The notes under the pieces were generated by a model. It worked only from the letters and a program-made list of their open reading frames with translations, had not been told where the DNA came from and did not search any database. A program made the position numbers and the translations under genes. A stretch of DNA of 64,000 nt from positions 158,462 through 222,461 of the IMG/VR virus record IMGVR_UViG_3300021964_009390; one strand, given 5' to 3'. This document shows positions 10,196 to 19,612 of the stretch, piece after piece. How positions within the stretch are numbered: position 1 is the first letter of the stretch; each line of letters starts with the position of its first letter.

Positions 10196-11252
10196 AAAAT
10201 CAGACATTAGCGCTGATGCTCTCAAAGCATTAGATAGTATAGATAAAATGAACCCGTTAGCCGGGTTTTTAACTGAGAGTACGTTGAGTAATGTCAATGA
10301 CTGGCACGATACCGGCTGTCTTGTGCTAAACAGCATAATTAGTGGTAGTTTGTACAAAGGTGTACCAAAAGGTAGAGTTACTGGTTTCGCCGGTCCGAGT
10401 ATGGCAGGTAAGACATACATAATCAATAAGATATTAGCTGGAGCTCAACGCGAAGGTATGATTCCAGTGATTTTTGACACAGAAGCTGCAGTAGATGAAA
10501 ATAGTGTACGTGGAGTTGGTTTAGACCCGGAAAAAGTTAAATATGTCCCAGTGCAAACTGTAGAAGAGACCCGTAACCAAATTGTAAAATTTTTAGATCA
10601 TATCATTGAAAATAAACAACAAGGTAAATTTATCATAAGTATTGATAGTTTAGGTAACCTCGCTAGTCAAAAAGAGATGGAAGACATCACCAAGGACAAA
10701 ACCGCGGTAGATATGGGCACACGAGCCAAAGGGCTCAAGAGCATGATGAGGACTCTCACATTCAAAGCAGCAGAAGCTGACACTACCATATTGTTCAGTA
10801 ATCATACTTATGATGATCCGGCTGCTATGTTTCCATCTCTAGTAAAAAACCAAGCCGGTGGTAAAGGACCAGTGTATCTCGCCAGTGTGTTGGTGCAATT
10901 GGCCAAGAAAGATGAGCGTCATGACAAAAATAACGAGTCTGATCAAATGATCGCAGAGGCTAAAACATATAGTGGTACCACGTTACGTGCTCTGACTGTC
11001 AAAAACCGGTTTGTACCACCGTTTCTTGAGGCGGAAATGTATTTAAACTTTAAAACTGGGTTAGATAAATACTCCGGACTGTTAAACATTGCAGTAAATC
11101 ATGGTGCAATTGTACAAACCGGTAGTACATACCAATTACCTGATGGTACCAAGCTAGGTTATTACAAGCAGTGGAGAGATAATGACGAAATATGGGACAA
11201 GGTTCTTCCCGTCATTGAAGAAAAACTAAAAGAAGATTATCAGTACAATTAG
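10188..11252 (+). CDS. uvsX: RecA-like recombinase UvsX
   Basis: SGSLYKGVPKGRVTGFAGPSMAGKT, FDTE, IDSLGNL, DMGTRAK, NHTY, GGKGPVYLAS, KNRF. Confidence 0.95.
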   Translation: MGKKSDISADALKALDSIDKMNPLAGFLTESTLSNVNDWHDTGCLVLNSIISGSLYKGVPKGRVTGFAGPSMAGKTYIINKILAGAQREGMIPVIFDTEAAVDENSVRGVGLDPEKVKYVPVQTVEETRNQIVKFLDHIIENKQQGKFIISIDSLGNLASQKEMEDITKDKTAVDMGTRAKGLKSMMRTLTFKAAEADTTILFSNHTYDDPAAMFPSLVKNQAGGKGPVYLASVLVQLAKKDERHDKNNESDQMIAEAKTYSGTTLRALTVKNRFVPPFLEAEMYLNFKTGLDKYSGLLNIAVNHGAIVQTGSTYQLPDGTKLGYYKQWRDNDEIWDKVLPVIEEKLKEDYQYN

Positions 11253-12640
11253 TTGATAGGTCTGTTAGCCCATCCGGGTCTCCATAGTATATCTTCTTTG
11301 ATAGTAGGAGCACCGGCCATTTTCCATGACGGTGTAGCGTCTGGTATCCCATCCCCATTAACATCCCAGTTCATTTGAGGCTGTGCTGGTTGAGCAGGTG
11401 CTGTAGCACCGGGTTGAGCAGGTTGTGTAGCAGCATCTCCGCCACCACCAGCTCCACTCATCATTGAAGATACTTTGCTGATACCATCACCTAGAGCACC
11501 TAAACCAACACCTACAGCCCCACCGGTATGTCCTCGAGATAAAACATCCTTGTCTGTAGCCGTTTGTTTCAAAGCTTCCATTGGCTCTAGACCTTGAGCT
11601 CTAAGCTCTTTATATTTTTGAAAACCAGCTAAACCACCAGCAGCAGCAAAACCTGCCCCGTACCGGGCAATAATCATAGGTAAAGCAGCTCCCATCGCCA
11701 AGCTAGCTGCCCCTAATATACCGACAGCAGCTGTTTTAGTTAAGTTGGGATTTTCCTTAACCCATCCCATAATTTTCTTCATCATGCCTTGCTTTTCACC
11801 ACCGGCCGCGGCTGGTTGCTCTTCTTTGTTACCAAAAATTCTATCATGCCCCATCCGGTATTTTTCACTACTATCACCAGCTTGCTGCGAACCGTCTATT
11901 TTTTGGTTCTCATTATCATCATACTGTTGAAGCTCTGCATCAGTAGGATTATTCGGGTCTAATTGCCCCGCAGGCATCGGTTTGTTTGCCACATCCGGTG
12001 CTTGCGTCTGTTGTGCTTGTGCCTGTTGATCATTATAACCTTGTTTGAAACCACCTGCAGCATCTTTCGCGCCAGTGGCAATAGCTTGTCCAGCTTTTTT
12101 AGCTCCTTTACCAATTGCTGTACCAACTTTTCCGAGACCTTTGGCAATGTTACCGAGTAACCCTTCATTATGTAAATATAAAATATGCTCGCGAATCATC
12201 TCCTTGTATTCATCTACTCCCTCGTTGACTGTTTGCGGTTCCGGTGAATTAGCTATTTGATTCTCTACCTGACCAGCCCCCTCTTCATCTAGCGCTTGAT
12301 CTAACGCTTGGGGCCCTTCTTGAGCTGCTGTTGTGACTTTGACCAAAGTATCTGGATCATTTGCCTTCAACCATTCTATAGCCTTCTGTATAACTGGTTG
12401 TAACATCTTATCGTTAACTGTTTGAGCGATGTTTTGCACTCCGGTTTTAGCTGCTCCTACAGCTTTACCGGCCAGATTACCCAAGGTTCCCATGAGACCC
12501 TCTTCTATTAAAATTTGTTCCACCAGTTGTGCTGTCAATTCAGTATCATACTGGTAACCCTCAGCAAAAATGCGTCTGACACGCTGTGTCCTGGCACGTC
12601 TCTCAAAACTTTCGAAAATTAAATGATTGTCTCTGTTCAT
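11249..12640 (-). CDS. Late Gly/Ala/Gln-rich protein, candidate internal/ejected virion protein
   Basis: 463 aa, convergent on uvsX; CATAAATA 10 nt upstream; repeated xE-G sites, amphipathic helices and hydrophobic Gly-rich segments. Confidence 0.6.
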   Translation of the reverse strand: MNRDNHLIFESFERRARTQRVRRIFAEGYQYDTELTAQLVEQILIEEGLMGTLGNLAGKAVGAAKTGVQNIAQTVNDKMLQPVIQKAIEWLKANDPDTLVKVTTAAQEGPQALDQALDEEGAGQVENQIANSPEPQTVNEGVDEYKEMIREHILYLHNEGLLGNIAKGLGKVGTAIGKGAKKAGQAIATGAKDAAGGFKQGYNDQQAQAQQTQAPDVANKPMPAGQLDPNNPTDAELQQYDDNENQKIDGSQQAGDSSEKYRMGHDRIFGNKEEQPAAAGGEKQGMMKKIMGWVKENPNLTKTAAVGILGAASLAMGAALPMIIARYGAGFAAAGGLAGFQKYKELRAQGLEPMEALKQTATDKDVLSRGHTGGAVGVGLGALGDGISKVSSMMSGAGGGGDAATQPAQPGATAPAQPAQPQMNWDVNGDGIPDATPSWKMAGAPTIKEDILWRPGWANRPIN

Positions 12641-12643
12641 AGC

Positions 12644-12672
12644 TTGAATTATTTATGTTAGTATACTATAAT
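12644..12672 (+). promoter_or_regulatory. Sigma70 promoter of queC operon
   Basis: TTGAAT-N17-TATAAT; ATG 6 nt downstream; its spacer contains the opposite-strand late motif. Confidence 0.8.
12650..12657 (-). promoter_or_regulatory. T4-type late promoter of the 463-aa gene
   Basis: CATAAATA on minus, 10 nt before ATG 12640. Confidence 0.65.
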
Positions 12673-12677
12673 TATGT

Positions 12678-13388
12678 ATGAAAAAATGCATAATCCCGGT
12701 CAGCGGTGGTATAGACTCATCAACCATACTGTATTATACACACAAATCACGCAAGGATTTTGATGAAATACATACAGTCACTTTTGATTATGGTCAGAGG
12801 CATAGCAAAGAGATTGAACATGCCGAATTGATAACCAAAAATGTCAGCACCAGTCACAAAGTTTTAGATGTAACATTTTTAAAAAACATTATAACGTCTA
12901 GCTCATTGACCAATGATAGTATAGATGTAGCAAAAACTGCAGATGTACTAGGTGACCCACAAACCGTCAATTATGTACCTAACAGAAACATGATCTTACT
13001 ATCCATTTGTACTGGTTATGCGGAGAGTATCGGAGCCAGCGTTGTGTACCATGGCGCCGCACAAGTTGATAGTGAGGCTGGTTATTGGGATGGTACTCAA
13101 GAGTTTATTAGTTGCATGAACCTAGTGAACAGTTTGAACAGACGAGATCGGGTGACTATTGAAGCACCTCTGTTACAAATGTCAAAACAACAAATAATTA
13201 AACTAGGTGTAGATAGTGATTTGGATTTCAGTAAAACGTGGACCTGTTATGAAGGTGGTACTAAAGCATGTGGTAGATGCACCGCATGCAGTAGCAGAAT
13301 CAAAGGATTCGTAGATAATAAATTAATTGACCCAGTGGAGTATGAAATAGATATACCATGGGACAAATACAACTGCGAGAGACTGTAA
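12678..13388 (+). CDS. queC: 7-cyano-7-deazaguanine synthase QueC family
   Basis: PP-loop SGGIDS, FDYGQRH, YVPNRN, YWDG, and Zn site TWTCYEGGTKACGRCTACSSR. Confidence 0.93.
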   Translation: MKKCIIPVSGGIDSSTILYYTHKSRKDFDEIHTVTFDYGQRHSKEIEHAELITKNVSTSHKVLDVTFLKNIITSSSLTNDSIDVAKTADVLGDPQTVNYVPNRNMILLSICTGYAESIGASVVYHGAAQVDSEAGYWDGTQEFISCMNLVNSLNRRDRVTIEAPLLQMSKQQIIKLGVDSDLDFSKTWTCYEGGTKACGRCTACSSRIKGFVDNKLIDPVEYEIDIPWDKYNCERL

Positions 13389-13389
13389 T

Positions 13390-14061
13390 ATGTGTGGTGT
13401 ATACGGTTCTACTTGTTACAATAGATTTAAAGATCTATACAAATTAAACACAACAAGGGGCAATTTCGCAAACGGTCATGTTTTTGTGAGTGATTCTCAA
13501 GATGGTCGATCTCTACATATATCAAAATCTCCCGGGACTAAAAAATATACTGATGTAATAGATGAGAATATTAAAATACACTTAGGTCATACACAATCCC
13601 CGACCGGTAGTGTAAGAGACTATCATCCATCTACAACACACCCATTCGAGAGCAGAAATTGGATCGTTGGTCATAATGGTGTCATTAATAATTTTGAAAA
13701 ACTAAAACAACAGTATGCACCACATAGCAAATGCAATGTTGACACGAGTATAATACCCTATTTACTAGAGATGTATATAGCTACCCGACATACTGAGCAA
13801 GAAATAACAAATATCGTGAAAAGAGTGTTAGACATGATAAATGGTACGTACGGGTTGTTTATTTTTAATAAAAAATACAACCTCTTGTATGTAGCTAGAT
13901 CTGGAAGCACTCTGTTTTATGACCCTAAGGATGGTAGTTTCAGCTCTACACAGCATGGTAACATGGTGGATCTACCAGAACATACACTGTTTAAAGTCAA
14001 CGGTAACATATATGAACGAGTAGCTAGTCTATCTAATAACTCATCATTTTTAATATTATAA
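13390..14061 (+). CDS. Class II (Ntn) glutamine amidotransferase
   Basis: N-terminal MCG nucleophile, RG, GHT, HPF, HNGVINN, VDTS. Confidence 0.85.
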   Translation: MCGVYGSTCYNRFKDLYKLNTTRGNFANGHVFVSDSQDGRSLHISKSPGTKKYTDVIDENIKIHLGHTQSPTGSVRDYHPSTTHPFESRNWIVGHNGVINNFEKLKQQYAPHSKCNVDTSIIPYLLEMYIATRHTEQEITNIVKRVLDMINGTYGLFIFNKKYNLLYVARSGSTLFYDPKDGSFSSTQHGNMVDLPEHTLFKVNGNIYERVASLSNNSSFLIL

Positions 14062-14765
14062 TGAAAAATAAAAAAATTGAACTTAAACCTATACTCATTG
14101 TGAGCTGTACTCAAAATGAATCATGGAAAGATACAAGATTAGGATCATGTAAAGCCAGCTTGGAAAACCAAGCTAAATTCAAGTTTGTAACAAACAATAA
14201 ACAAGGACTACCTAAATGTTATAATAAATTTTTAACAAAAAAAATAGCAGAAAAACATGATATAATTGTATTTTGTCATGATGATTTATATATAGATGAT
14301 TTAAAATTGCGAGGAAAATTATACAAATCGCTATACGCCGACAAATATGATATTGTCGGCCTCGCCGGTGCTAGTACATGCAAAATAGAACATGGTAAAC
14401 CTACCCTGTGGCATTTGATGAGCGAGCGAGATACATGGAGCGGTACTGTTTTCCACCCGCGTGGTGTTGATACAAATCAAGTGATGTCTACAACGTTCGG
14501 ACCAACTCCATCTAGATGTCTCGTGTTAGATGGTGTGTTTCTTGCAGTGAACATACACCGTGCCCGGGAGAAAAAATGGAAATTTAATGATACATTTGAC
14601 TTTCATCATTATGACATAGCTAGCTGTATTGATGCAAATACCAAGCAATTGAAACTCGGTACATGTATGATACACGCTATTCACGACTCTCCCGGCTTAC
14701 ACTCTATAGAAGACCCAGACTGGCTGTCTAGCCAGGACAAATTTTTAAAGTTGTATGGTGAGTAA
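14061..14765 (+). CDS. GT-A glycosyltransferase (GT2-like)
   Basis: KCYNK, IIVFCHDD (DxD-like), DIVGLAG, VLDGVFLA, FDFHHYDIASC. Confidence 0.8.
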   Translation: MKNKKIELKPILIVSCTQNESWKDTRLGSCKASLENQAKFKFVTNNKQGLPKCYNKFLTKKIAEKHDIIVFCHDDLYIDDLKLRGKLYKSLYADKYDIVGLAGASTCKIEHGKPTLWHLMSERDTWSGTVFHPRGVDTNQVMSTTFGPTPSRCLVLDGVFLAVNIHRAREKKWKFNDTFDFHHYDIASCIDANTKQLKLGTCMIHAIHDSPGLHSIEDPDWLSSQDKFLKLYGE

Positions 14766-14779
14766 CAATACCTTATAAT
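14751..14779 (+). promoter_or_regulatory. Sigma70 promoter of gp41
   Basis: TTGTAT-N17-TATAAT; ATG 7 nt downstream. Confidence 0.75.
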
Positions 14780-14785
14780 ACTCAC

Positions 14786-16108
14786 ATGATAGGTATAGAC
14801 GAGCAGTTATTTGAGCACGTGCTCATATACAACTGTATGACAGATGAAAGGTATCTAGCTAGTGTGATAGATTATCTCAAACCGGAGCATATCAAAGACT
14901 CTAACATTAAGCAGACATACAATTTGTTAGTAGACTTTTACAATGATCACAGTGAGTTACCAAGCTCTACAGAAATTAAAACACGTTGTGATAATGACGA
15001 TTTAAAAGCCGCAGTCCGGATCACTGTGAGTTACATCAAGAATATCGATAAAAACTATAATAAAGATGAATTGTATAAAAACACAGAACAGTTCATTAAG
15101 GAACGTGCAGTGTATAGTACCTTGATGGAGGTTGTAGATCAAGGCTCTTCCGGGAGTTTAGAGCCGGCAGATCTATTAACTAAATTTGAATCTGCATGTA
15201 ACATTAATTTGAATGTTGATGTAGGTGTAAATTATTTTGAAGATATCGACCGGCATGTAGACGATATAAATAGAGAAGAGAAGTACGTGAGTACCGGTTG
15301 GCAATGGCTTGATAAAAAACTCAATGGGGGTTTTGTAGAAACTGGCCGGGCATTGTATGTTTTCGCTGGAGAGACTAATGTAGGTAAAAGTATATTGCTA
15401 GGTAATATAGCTACTAACTTATGTAAGCAGGGTAAAAATGTGTTGTTAGTTTCATTAGAAATGTCAGAGATGCTATACTCTAAGAGGTTGAGCTCAAACA
15501 TAGCACAGGTACCTATAAATGAGACTCATTTAAGTGTAGAATATTTGAAAGAATCTATTAAAAATTTTAAGAACACTCACAAAGATTGTTCTTTGATCGT
15601 CAAAGAGTTTCCTCCTAGTACCGTGACACCTCAACAACTAACAGCATATATTAATAAGTTATGCCAAACAGTGATGCGCCCAGACGCAATAGTACTAGAT
15701 TATATCAACCTGTTGAAAGGTCCACCTGGTACAAACAGTTATGAACAAATTAAAAAGGTAACTGAGAATGTAAGAGCCATGTCATATAAATTTGAATGCC
15801 CGGTCATCACCGCAACTCAGTTAAACCGTTCTGGTTACAACGAGACTGACCCGGGATTGGATACAGTCGGAGAAAGTTATGGTATGGGAGCAACAGCAGA
15901 TTGTGTGGTGAGTATATGGCAGCGAGATGAAGATGCTGAATTGAATGTAATCAATTTAGGTATGATGAAAAACCGGTTCGGTCCTAACTTCGGTACATGT
16001 GCGATGGATATAGACTATGGTACTTTGACAGTCACAGAACAAGAAAACGTGAACGAAACAGAACAGATGAATGAAACTATCGGTACCCTATCTATATTGA
16101 GCAATTAA
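14786..16108 (+). CDS. gp41: Replicative DnaB-like helicase gp41
   Basis: AGETNVGKS, SLEMSE, IVKEFP, IVLDYINL, TATQLNRSG, ESYG...TAD, KNRFG. Confidence 0.95.
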   Translation: MIGIDEQLFEHVLIYNCMTDERYLASVIDYLKPEHIKDSNIKQTYNLLVDFYNDHSELPSSTEIKTRCDNDDLKAAVRITVSYIKNIDKNYNKDELYKNTEQFIKERAVYSTLMEVVDQGSSGSLEPADLLTKFESACNINLNVDVGVNYFEDIDRHVDDINREEKYVSTGWQWLDKKLNGGFVETGRALYVFAGETNVGKSILLGNIATNLCKQGKNVLLVSLEMSEMLYSKRLSSNIAQVPINETHLSVEYLKESIKNFKNTHKDCSLIVKEFPPSTVTPQQLTAYINKLCQTVMRPDAIVLDYINLLKGPPGTNSYEQIKKVTENVRAMSYKFECPVITATQLNRSGYNETDPGLDTVGESYGMGATADCVVSIWQRDEDAELNVINLGMMKNRFGPNFGTCAMDIDYGTLTVTEQENVNETEQMNETIGTLSILSN

Positions 16109-16193
16109 TTTAAAACTAACAACCATTAAACAGACATCTGAAACAAAAGCAAAAGATTTAATAAATACACTAAAGAATGATTACAAATAACAA

Positions 16194-16850
16194 ATGAACC
16201 TGTATAGATTAGCAGATTTTATTAGATATAACATGCAAGAGGGTCTAGGTTTTAAAGGTAGTATTGCAGAAGAATACTTAAAACGTAATACAAAATACAA
16301 AAATGAAGGTGATGTAAACTTTGAACTGTTGAGAAGTATTGTGAATAGTAGAAAAAAACCTCCGGAACAAGACACTGTATCAATACATGCTAGATTAGGC
16401 GATATACTAAGTCCTCGGAATGCCAATTATATCTCAATGAACAATCTACCATCGTTCCCAGACATTATATTAAAACATAATTTACATAAAAAATATAAAA
16501 ACTGTTCTATATATTATGGTAATCATAAAATAGGAACACCAGGTGTAGCAAACGTTGATAAATCAAAGACCATTTTAAATAACATTGTGACTAATCTAAG
16601 CAATATGGGTCTAGATACAAAAATTATATCAAATTCTGCTGATGAAGATTTTATATCTTTATCAACATGTCTCTGCTACATTTCCGGTATCAGAGGTTTC
16701 GGATGGTTGTCTGCTTCAATAAACCCAAACACAGTTTATTGGGATAATCACAACATACCAAATTTTTCGTGGGAAAGATACCCTGAACAACAAATAAAAA
16801 AATCTCTAATGAAGGGATATAATTACCACCTATCAATTAAAACAACATAG
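16194..16850 (+). CDS. Putative GT11/NodZ-like (fucosyl-type) glycosyltransferase
   Basis: VSIHARLGD resembles the H.R.GD donor-binding motif; DEDFISLSTC..YISGIRGFGWLSASIN resembles the D...MS.C...I...S.FSW.AA.LN motif of GT11-type enzymes. Divergent and short. Confidence 0.45.
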   Translation: MNLYRLADFIRYNMQEGLGFKGSIAEEYLKRNTKYKNEGDVNFELLRSIVNSRKKPPEQDTVSIHARLGDILSPRNANYISMNNLPSFPDIILKHNLHKKYKNCSIYYGNHKIGTPGVANVDKSKTILNNIVTNLSNMGLDTKIISNSADEDFISLSTCLCYISGIRGFGWLSASINPNTVYWDNHNIPNFSWERYPEQQIKKSLMKGYNYHLSIKTT

Positions 16851-17740
16851 TGAAGAACATTGTATTTACAGATGCAGATTTAGACGGTAGCATGAGCTAC
16901 ATGTTACTAAACTGGTGCGCGAACAATAAGCTACCGTACAAAGTAACCACTGTTACTAAATTTCATGATGATTATACTGCATGGTCTAGAAAAAATGACC
17001 CAACTACATATAACAAGATTATAATTCTGGACCTAGACGTGAGTCAGCACTCTTTGGTTTTAGTAGATCAACCAAACGTGACCATTGTAGATCATCACCT
17101 GACCCATGTTGCAAACAAAGACAAATATAAACAGGCCCGAACATACATCCAAGAGTACCCTAGCTGCGCTAAATTGATATACAAATTGTACAAGCACACT
17201 CTAGATGATAAAATGAGCAATCATATGAAAAAATTGTTGTTACTTGTTGACGACTATGACAGCTGGACACATCAATACCCGCATAGTAAAAAATTAAATT
17301 ATGTATTCTGGAATTACCAAGGAGATCGGTTAGAGAAATTCATGAAAGATTTTGGAACCGGGTTCAAGGGATTTACTCCCGCACATGGAAAGACCATAGA
17401 GTTTTACGAAAAAAAATTGCAAAAAGTGACCAGTAACCTGGTATATCACCATGCGGATGTGAGTATACAAAAACAAAAATGTAAATGTATATGCACCTTC
17501 GCTAACAGTCTTATAAGTGATATTGGTAATCATTTAATTGATGATAAAGGCGCTGACATAGGATTTGTTGTAAATCCTGATTCAAACAGAGTAAGTATAC
17601 GTAAGAATAAAAATTGCAGTGTCGATGTAGGTAAATTGGCTAAACTATTAATAGATGGAGGTGGTCATGACGCAGCAGCAGGGGGTGTATGTACAGAGAC
17701 TTTTTTACAATTCAGCAAAAAGTTTCAACCAGTAGAATAA
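16850..17740 (+). CDS. DHH/DHHA1 phosphoesterase
   Basis: DADLDG, LDLD, VDHH, C-terminal GGGHDAAAGG. GTG start. Confidence 0.88.
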   Translation: MKNIVFTDADLDGSMSYMLLNWCANNKLPYKVTTVTKFHDDYTAWSRKNDPTTYNKIIILDLDVSQHSLVLVDQPNVTIVDHHLTHVANKDKYKQARTYIQEYPSCAKLIYKLYKHTLDDKMSNHMKKLLLLVDDYDSWTHQYPHSKKLNYVFWNYQGDRLEKFMKDFGTGFKGFTPAHGKTIEFYEKKLQKVTSNLVYHHADVSIQKQKCKCICTFANSLISDIGNHLIDDKGADIGFVVNPDSNRVSIRKNKNCSVDVGKLAKLLIDGGGHDAAAGGVCTETFLQFSKKFQPVE

Positions 17741-18036
17741 TGAACATGTATAGAGACAGTACAGTCGATCCGGTGCAGTCTCTGTATGATAAGGATTTAG
17801 AACATACATTTTATAGTTTTTGCAGTTTTGTATGTATGTCAACAAACAAAAAACAAAACATAGCTAATATATTTTTATATGTATTGGAGAATCAAGAAAT
17901 TTTAAACCTATACATGGAACTAGGAGACCACTCAACAAAGTATGACGCCATCCGGAGTTTTTTAACTATTGAACCATCTTTACAAAAAAGCAAATATATA
18001 AAAAGATATATAAACAAAAACGTTGAAACAAATTAA
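17740..18036 (+). CDS. Hypothetical protein
   Basis: Track ORF 17689-18036; ATG 17740 overlaps the DHH stop (TAATG). Confidence 0.6.
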   Translation: MNMYRDSTVDPVQSLYDKDLEHTFYSFCSFVCMSTNKKQNIANIFLYVLENQEILNLYMELGDHSTKYDAIRSFLTIEPSLQKSKYIKRYINKNVETN

Positions 18037-18051
18037 ACAATATACTATAAT
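18023..18051 (+). promoter_or_regulatory. Sigma70 promoter of gp32 operon
   Basis: TTGAAA-N17-TATAAT; ATG 15 nt downstream, A-rich leader without SD. Confidence 0.8.
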
Positions 18052-18065
18052 AAGAAAATAAAATT

Positions 18066-18953
18066 ATGAGCACATTCACAACAAGCATGTTCGATTCTAT
18101 CAAAGAATCACTTTCGAAAGCACCATCATCCGGATTCAAGGATGTTTTAAGATTCAAACCAGGTACCTCGTGTGAGTTGAGGCTGTTACCTAATGTAAAA
18201 AAACCTCAAAATACATTTTACCATTACTACACATATGGCTGGGAAAGCTTCGCAACTGGTCAATATATAAATGTGGTGTCACCGCAAACTGTAGGAGAAC
18301 GATGCCCAGTATCAGAGGCACGTTATCAACTCCGGCAACGAGGCGGTGCTGAAGAGCAAGAAAAATCCAGCAAGGTTTTGAGGAGAGAGCAATGGCTAGT
18401 CAACACATATGTTATAAGTCACAATGAAGAACCAGAAAACAATGACAGTGTAAAAATCTTAAGATACGGTAAACAATTACACAAGATTATAACTGATGCA
18501 ATTGAAGGAGAAGATGCAGACCAATTTGGTGCTAAAGTATTTGATCTGTCTGATGAAGGGTGTACTTTTCGAGTAAAATGCGACAAACAAGGTGATTTTC
18601 CAACATATGTCGCTAGTAAATTTTTGATTCCTGGATCAATCGCCGGACTGGCCCCAGCAGATCATGAAAAAATATATGAACAGGTACATGAACTTGACGA
18701 TGTGTTTCCTATAAAATCGTATGATGAAATACAAGAAATTGTAGATGAACATTTGTACTGCCGGAGTACAACTTCAGTCACTGTAGCGACAGAGTCAGTG
18801 TCAAAAACAACAAGTGATACAGACACTGACCTTGATGAAGATGTCCCTATGGACTTTCCGGAAAAAGAGACACCGAAACAGTCTAAAAAGAAAGAACCGG
18901 AAGTTGATATAGACATACCAGATGATTTGTTAGAAGGTTTGGATGATCTGTAA
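18066..18953 (+). CDS. gp32: Single-stranded DNA-binding protein gp32
   Basis: LRLLP, YYHYYTYGW, CPV, WLVNTYVI, ILRYGKQL, FDLSDEGCTF.VK, acidic C-terminal tail. Confidence 0.9.
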   Translation: MSTFTTSMFDSIKESLSKAPSSGFKDVLRFKPGTSCELRLLPNVKKPQNTFYHYYTYGWESFATGQYINVVSPQTVGERCPVSEARYQLRQRGGAEEQEKSSKVLRREQWLVNTYVISHNEEPENNDSVKILRYGKQLHKIITDAIEGEDADQFGAKVFDLSDEGCTFRVKCDKQGDFPTYVASKFLIPGSIAGLAPADHEKIYEQVHELDDVFPIKSYDEIQEIVDEHLYCRSTTSVTVATESVSKTTSDTDTDLDEDVPMDFPEKETPKQSKKKEPEVDIDIPDDLLEGLDDL

Positions 18954-19612
18954 TGGCTGAAAAAACTGATAAAAAACCACCGGTAGAATCTACACCACCG
19001 GAACCTAAGCTCCATCCAGAACCACCACCAGTAGGAGCTGCAGAGCAAAACGGGTACCGGAAAGCGAGGGAAAATATATCTACTCCAGAAGATGTACAGT
19101 TAATTGAAAATTTTATCGGTACAATTTATGGAGATGCAAAACGTATTGACAAAGCTAACATAGGTAGTAATCAGTTTACACAAGGTTTAAAGTTTGATGC
19201 TAAAAAACAAATTTTAGATGTACGTAACACAGTAAGTACTTCACCAAATCAAGCAAACCCACCCACCATGCCAAGCAATTCTACACCACCACCTGTACAA
19301 CCACAGCAAGCAATGCCCTTACCACTAGTCCCGGGTCAACAAATAGATTTCCCACCACAGCAATCTGTAGCATCTCCTGGTGACTCTTTGATACTCAAAC
19401 ACGAAATCGATCAGATCAAAGAACAAGTGAAAGAGATAAAAAAATTGTACGACGAATTTTTCAAATTGAAAGTGGTCAAAGGTAAATGGGTTATAAAAAC
19501 TAAAGAAAAAGAACAAACCGCGCCCAGTGTAGCCAAAGCGTGGAACATTATAAATAAACTGTTGCGTAACAAAACAACCGATATTAATATAGTTTATACA
19601 GAAAATGAATAA
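18953..19612 (+). CDS. Pro/Gln-rich hypothetical protein
   Basis: 219 aa, coupled to gp32 and gp45 by overlapping stop/start codons. Confidence 0.6.
   Translation: MAEKTDKKPPVESTPPEPKLHPEPPPVGAAEQNGYRKARENISTPEDVQLIENFIGTIYGDAKRIDKANIGSNQFTQGLKFDAKKQILDVRNTVSTSPNQANPPTMPSNSTPPPVQPQQAMPLPLVPGQQIDFPPQQSVASPGDSLILKHEIDQIKEQVKEIKKLYDEFFKLKVVKGKWVIKTKEKEQTAPSVAKAWNIINKLLRNKTTDINIVYTENE

Noticed and set aside
16177-16197. 6-codon ORF MITNNK overlapping the 16194 start as a regulatory leader peptide
   Set aside because: Easily arises by chance in AT-rich DNA; no attenuator structure.
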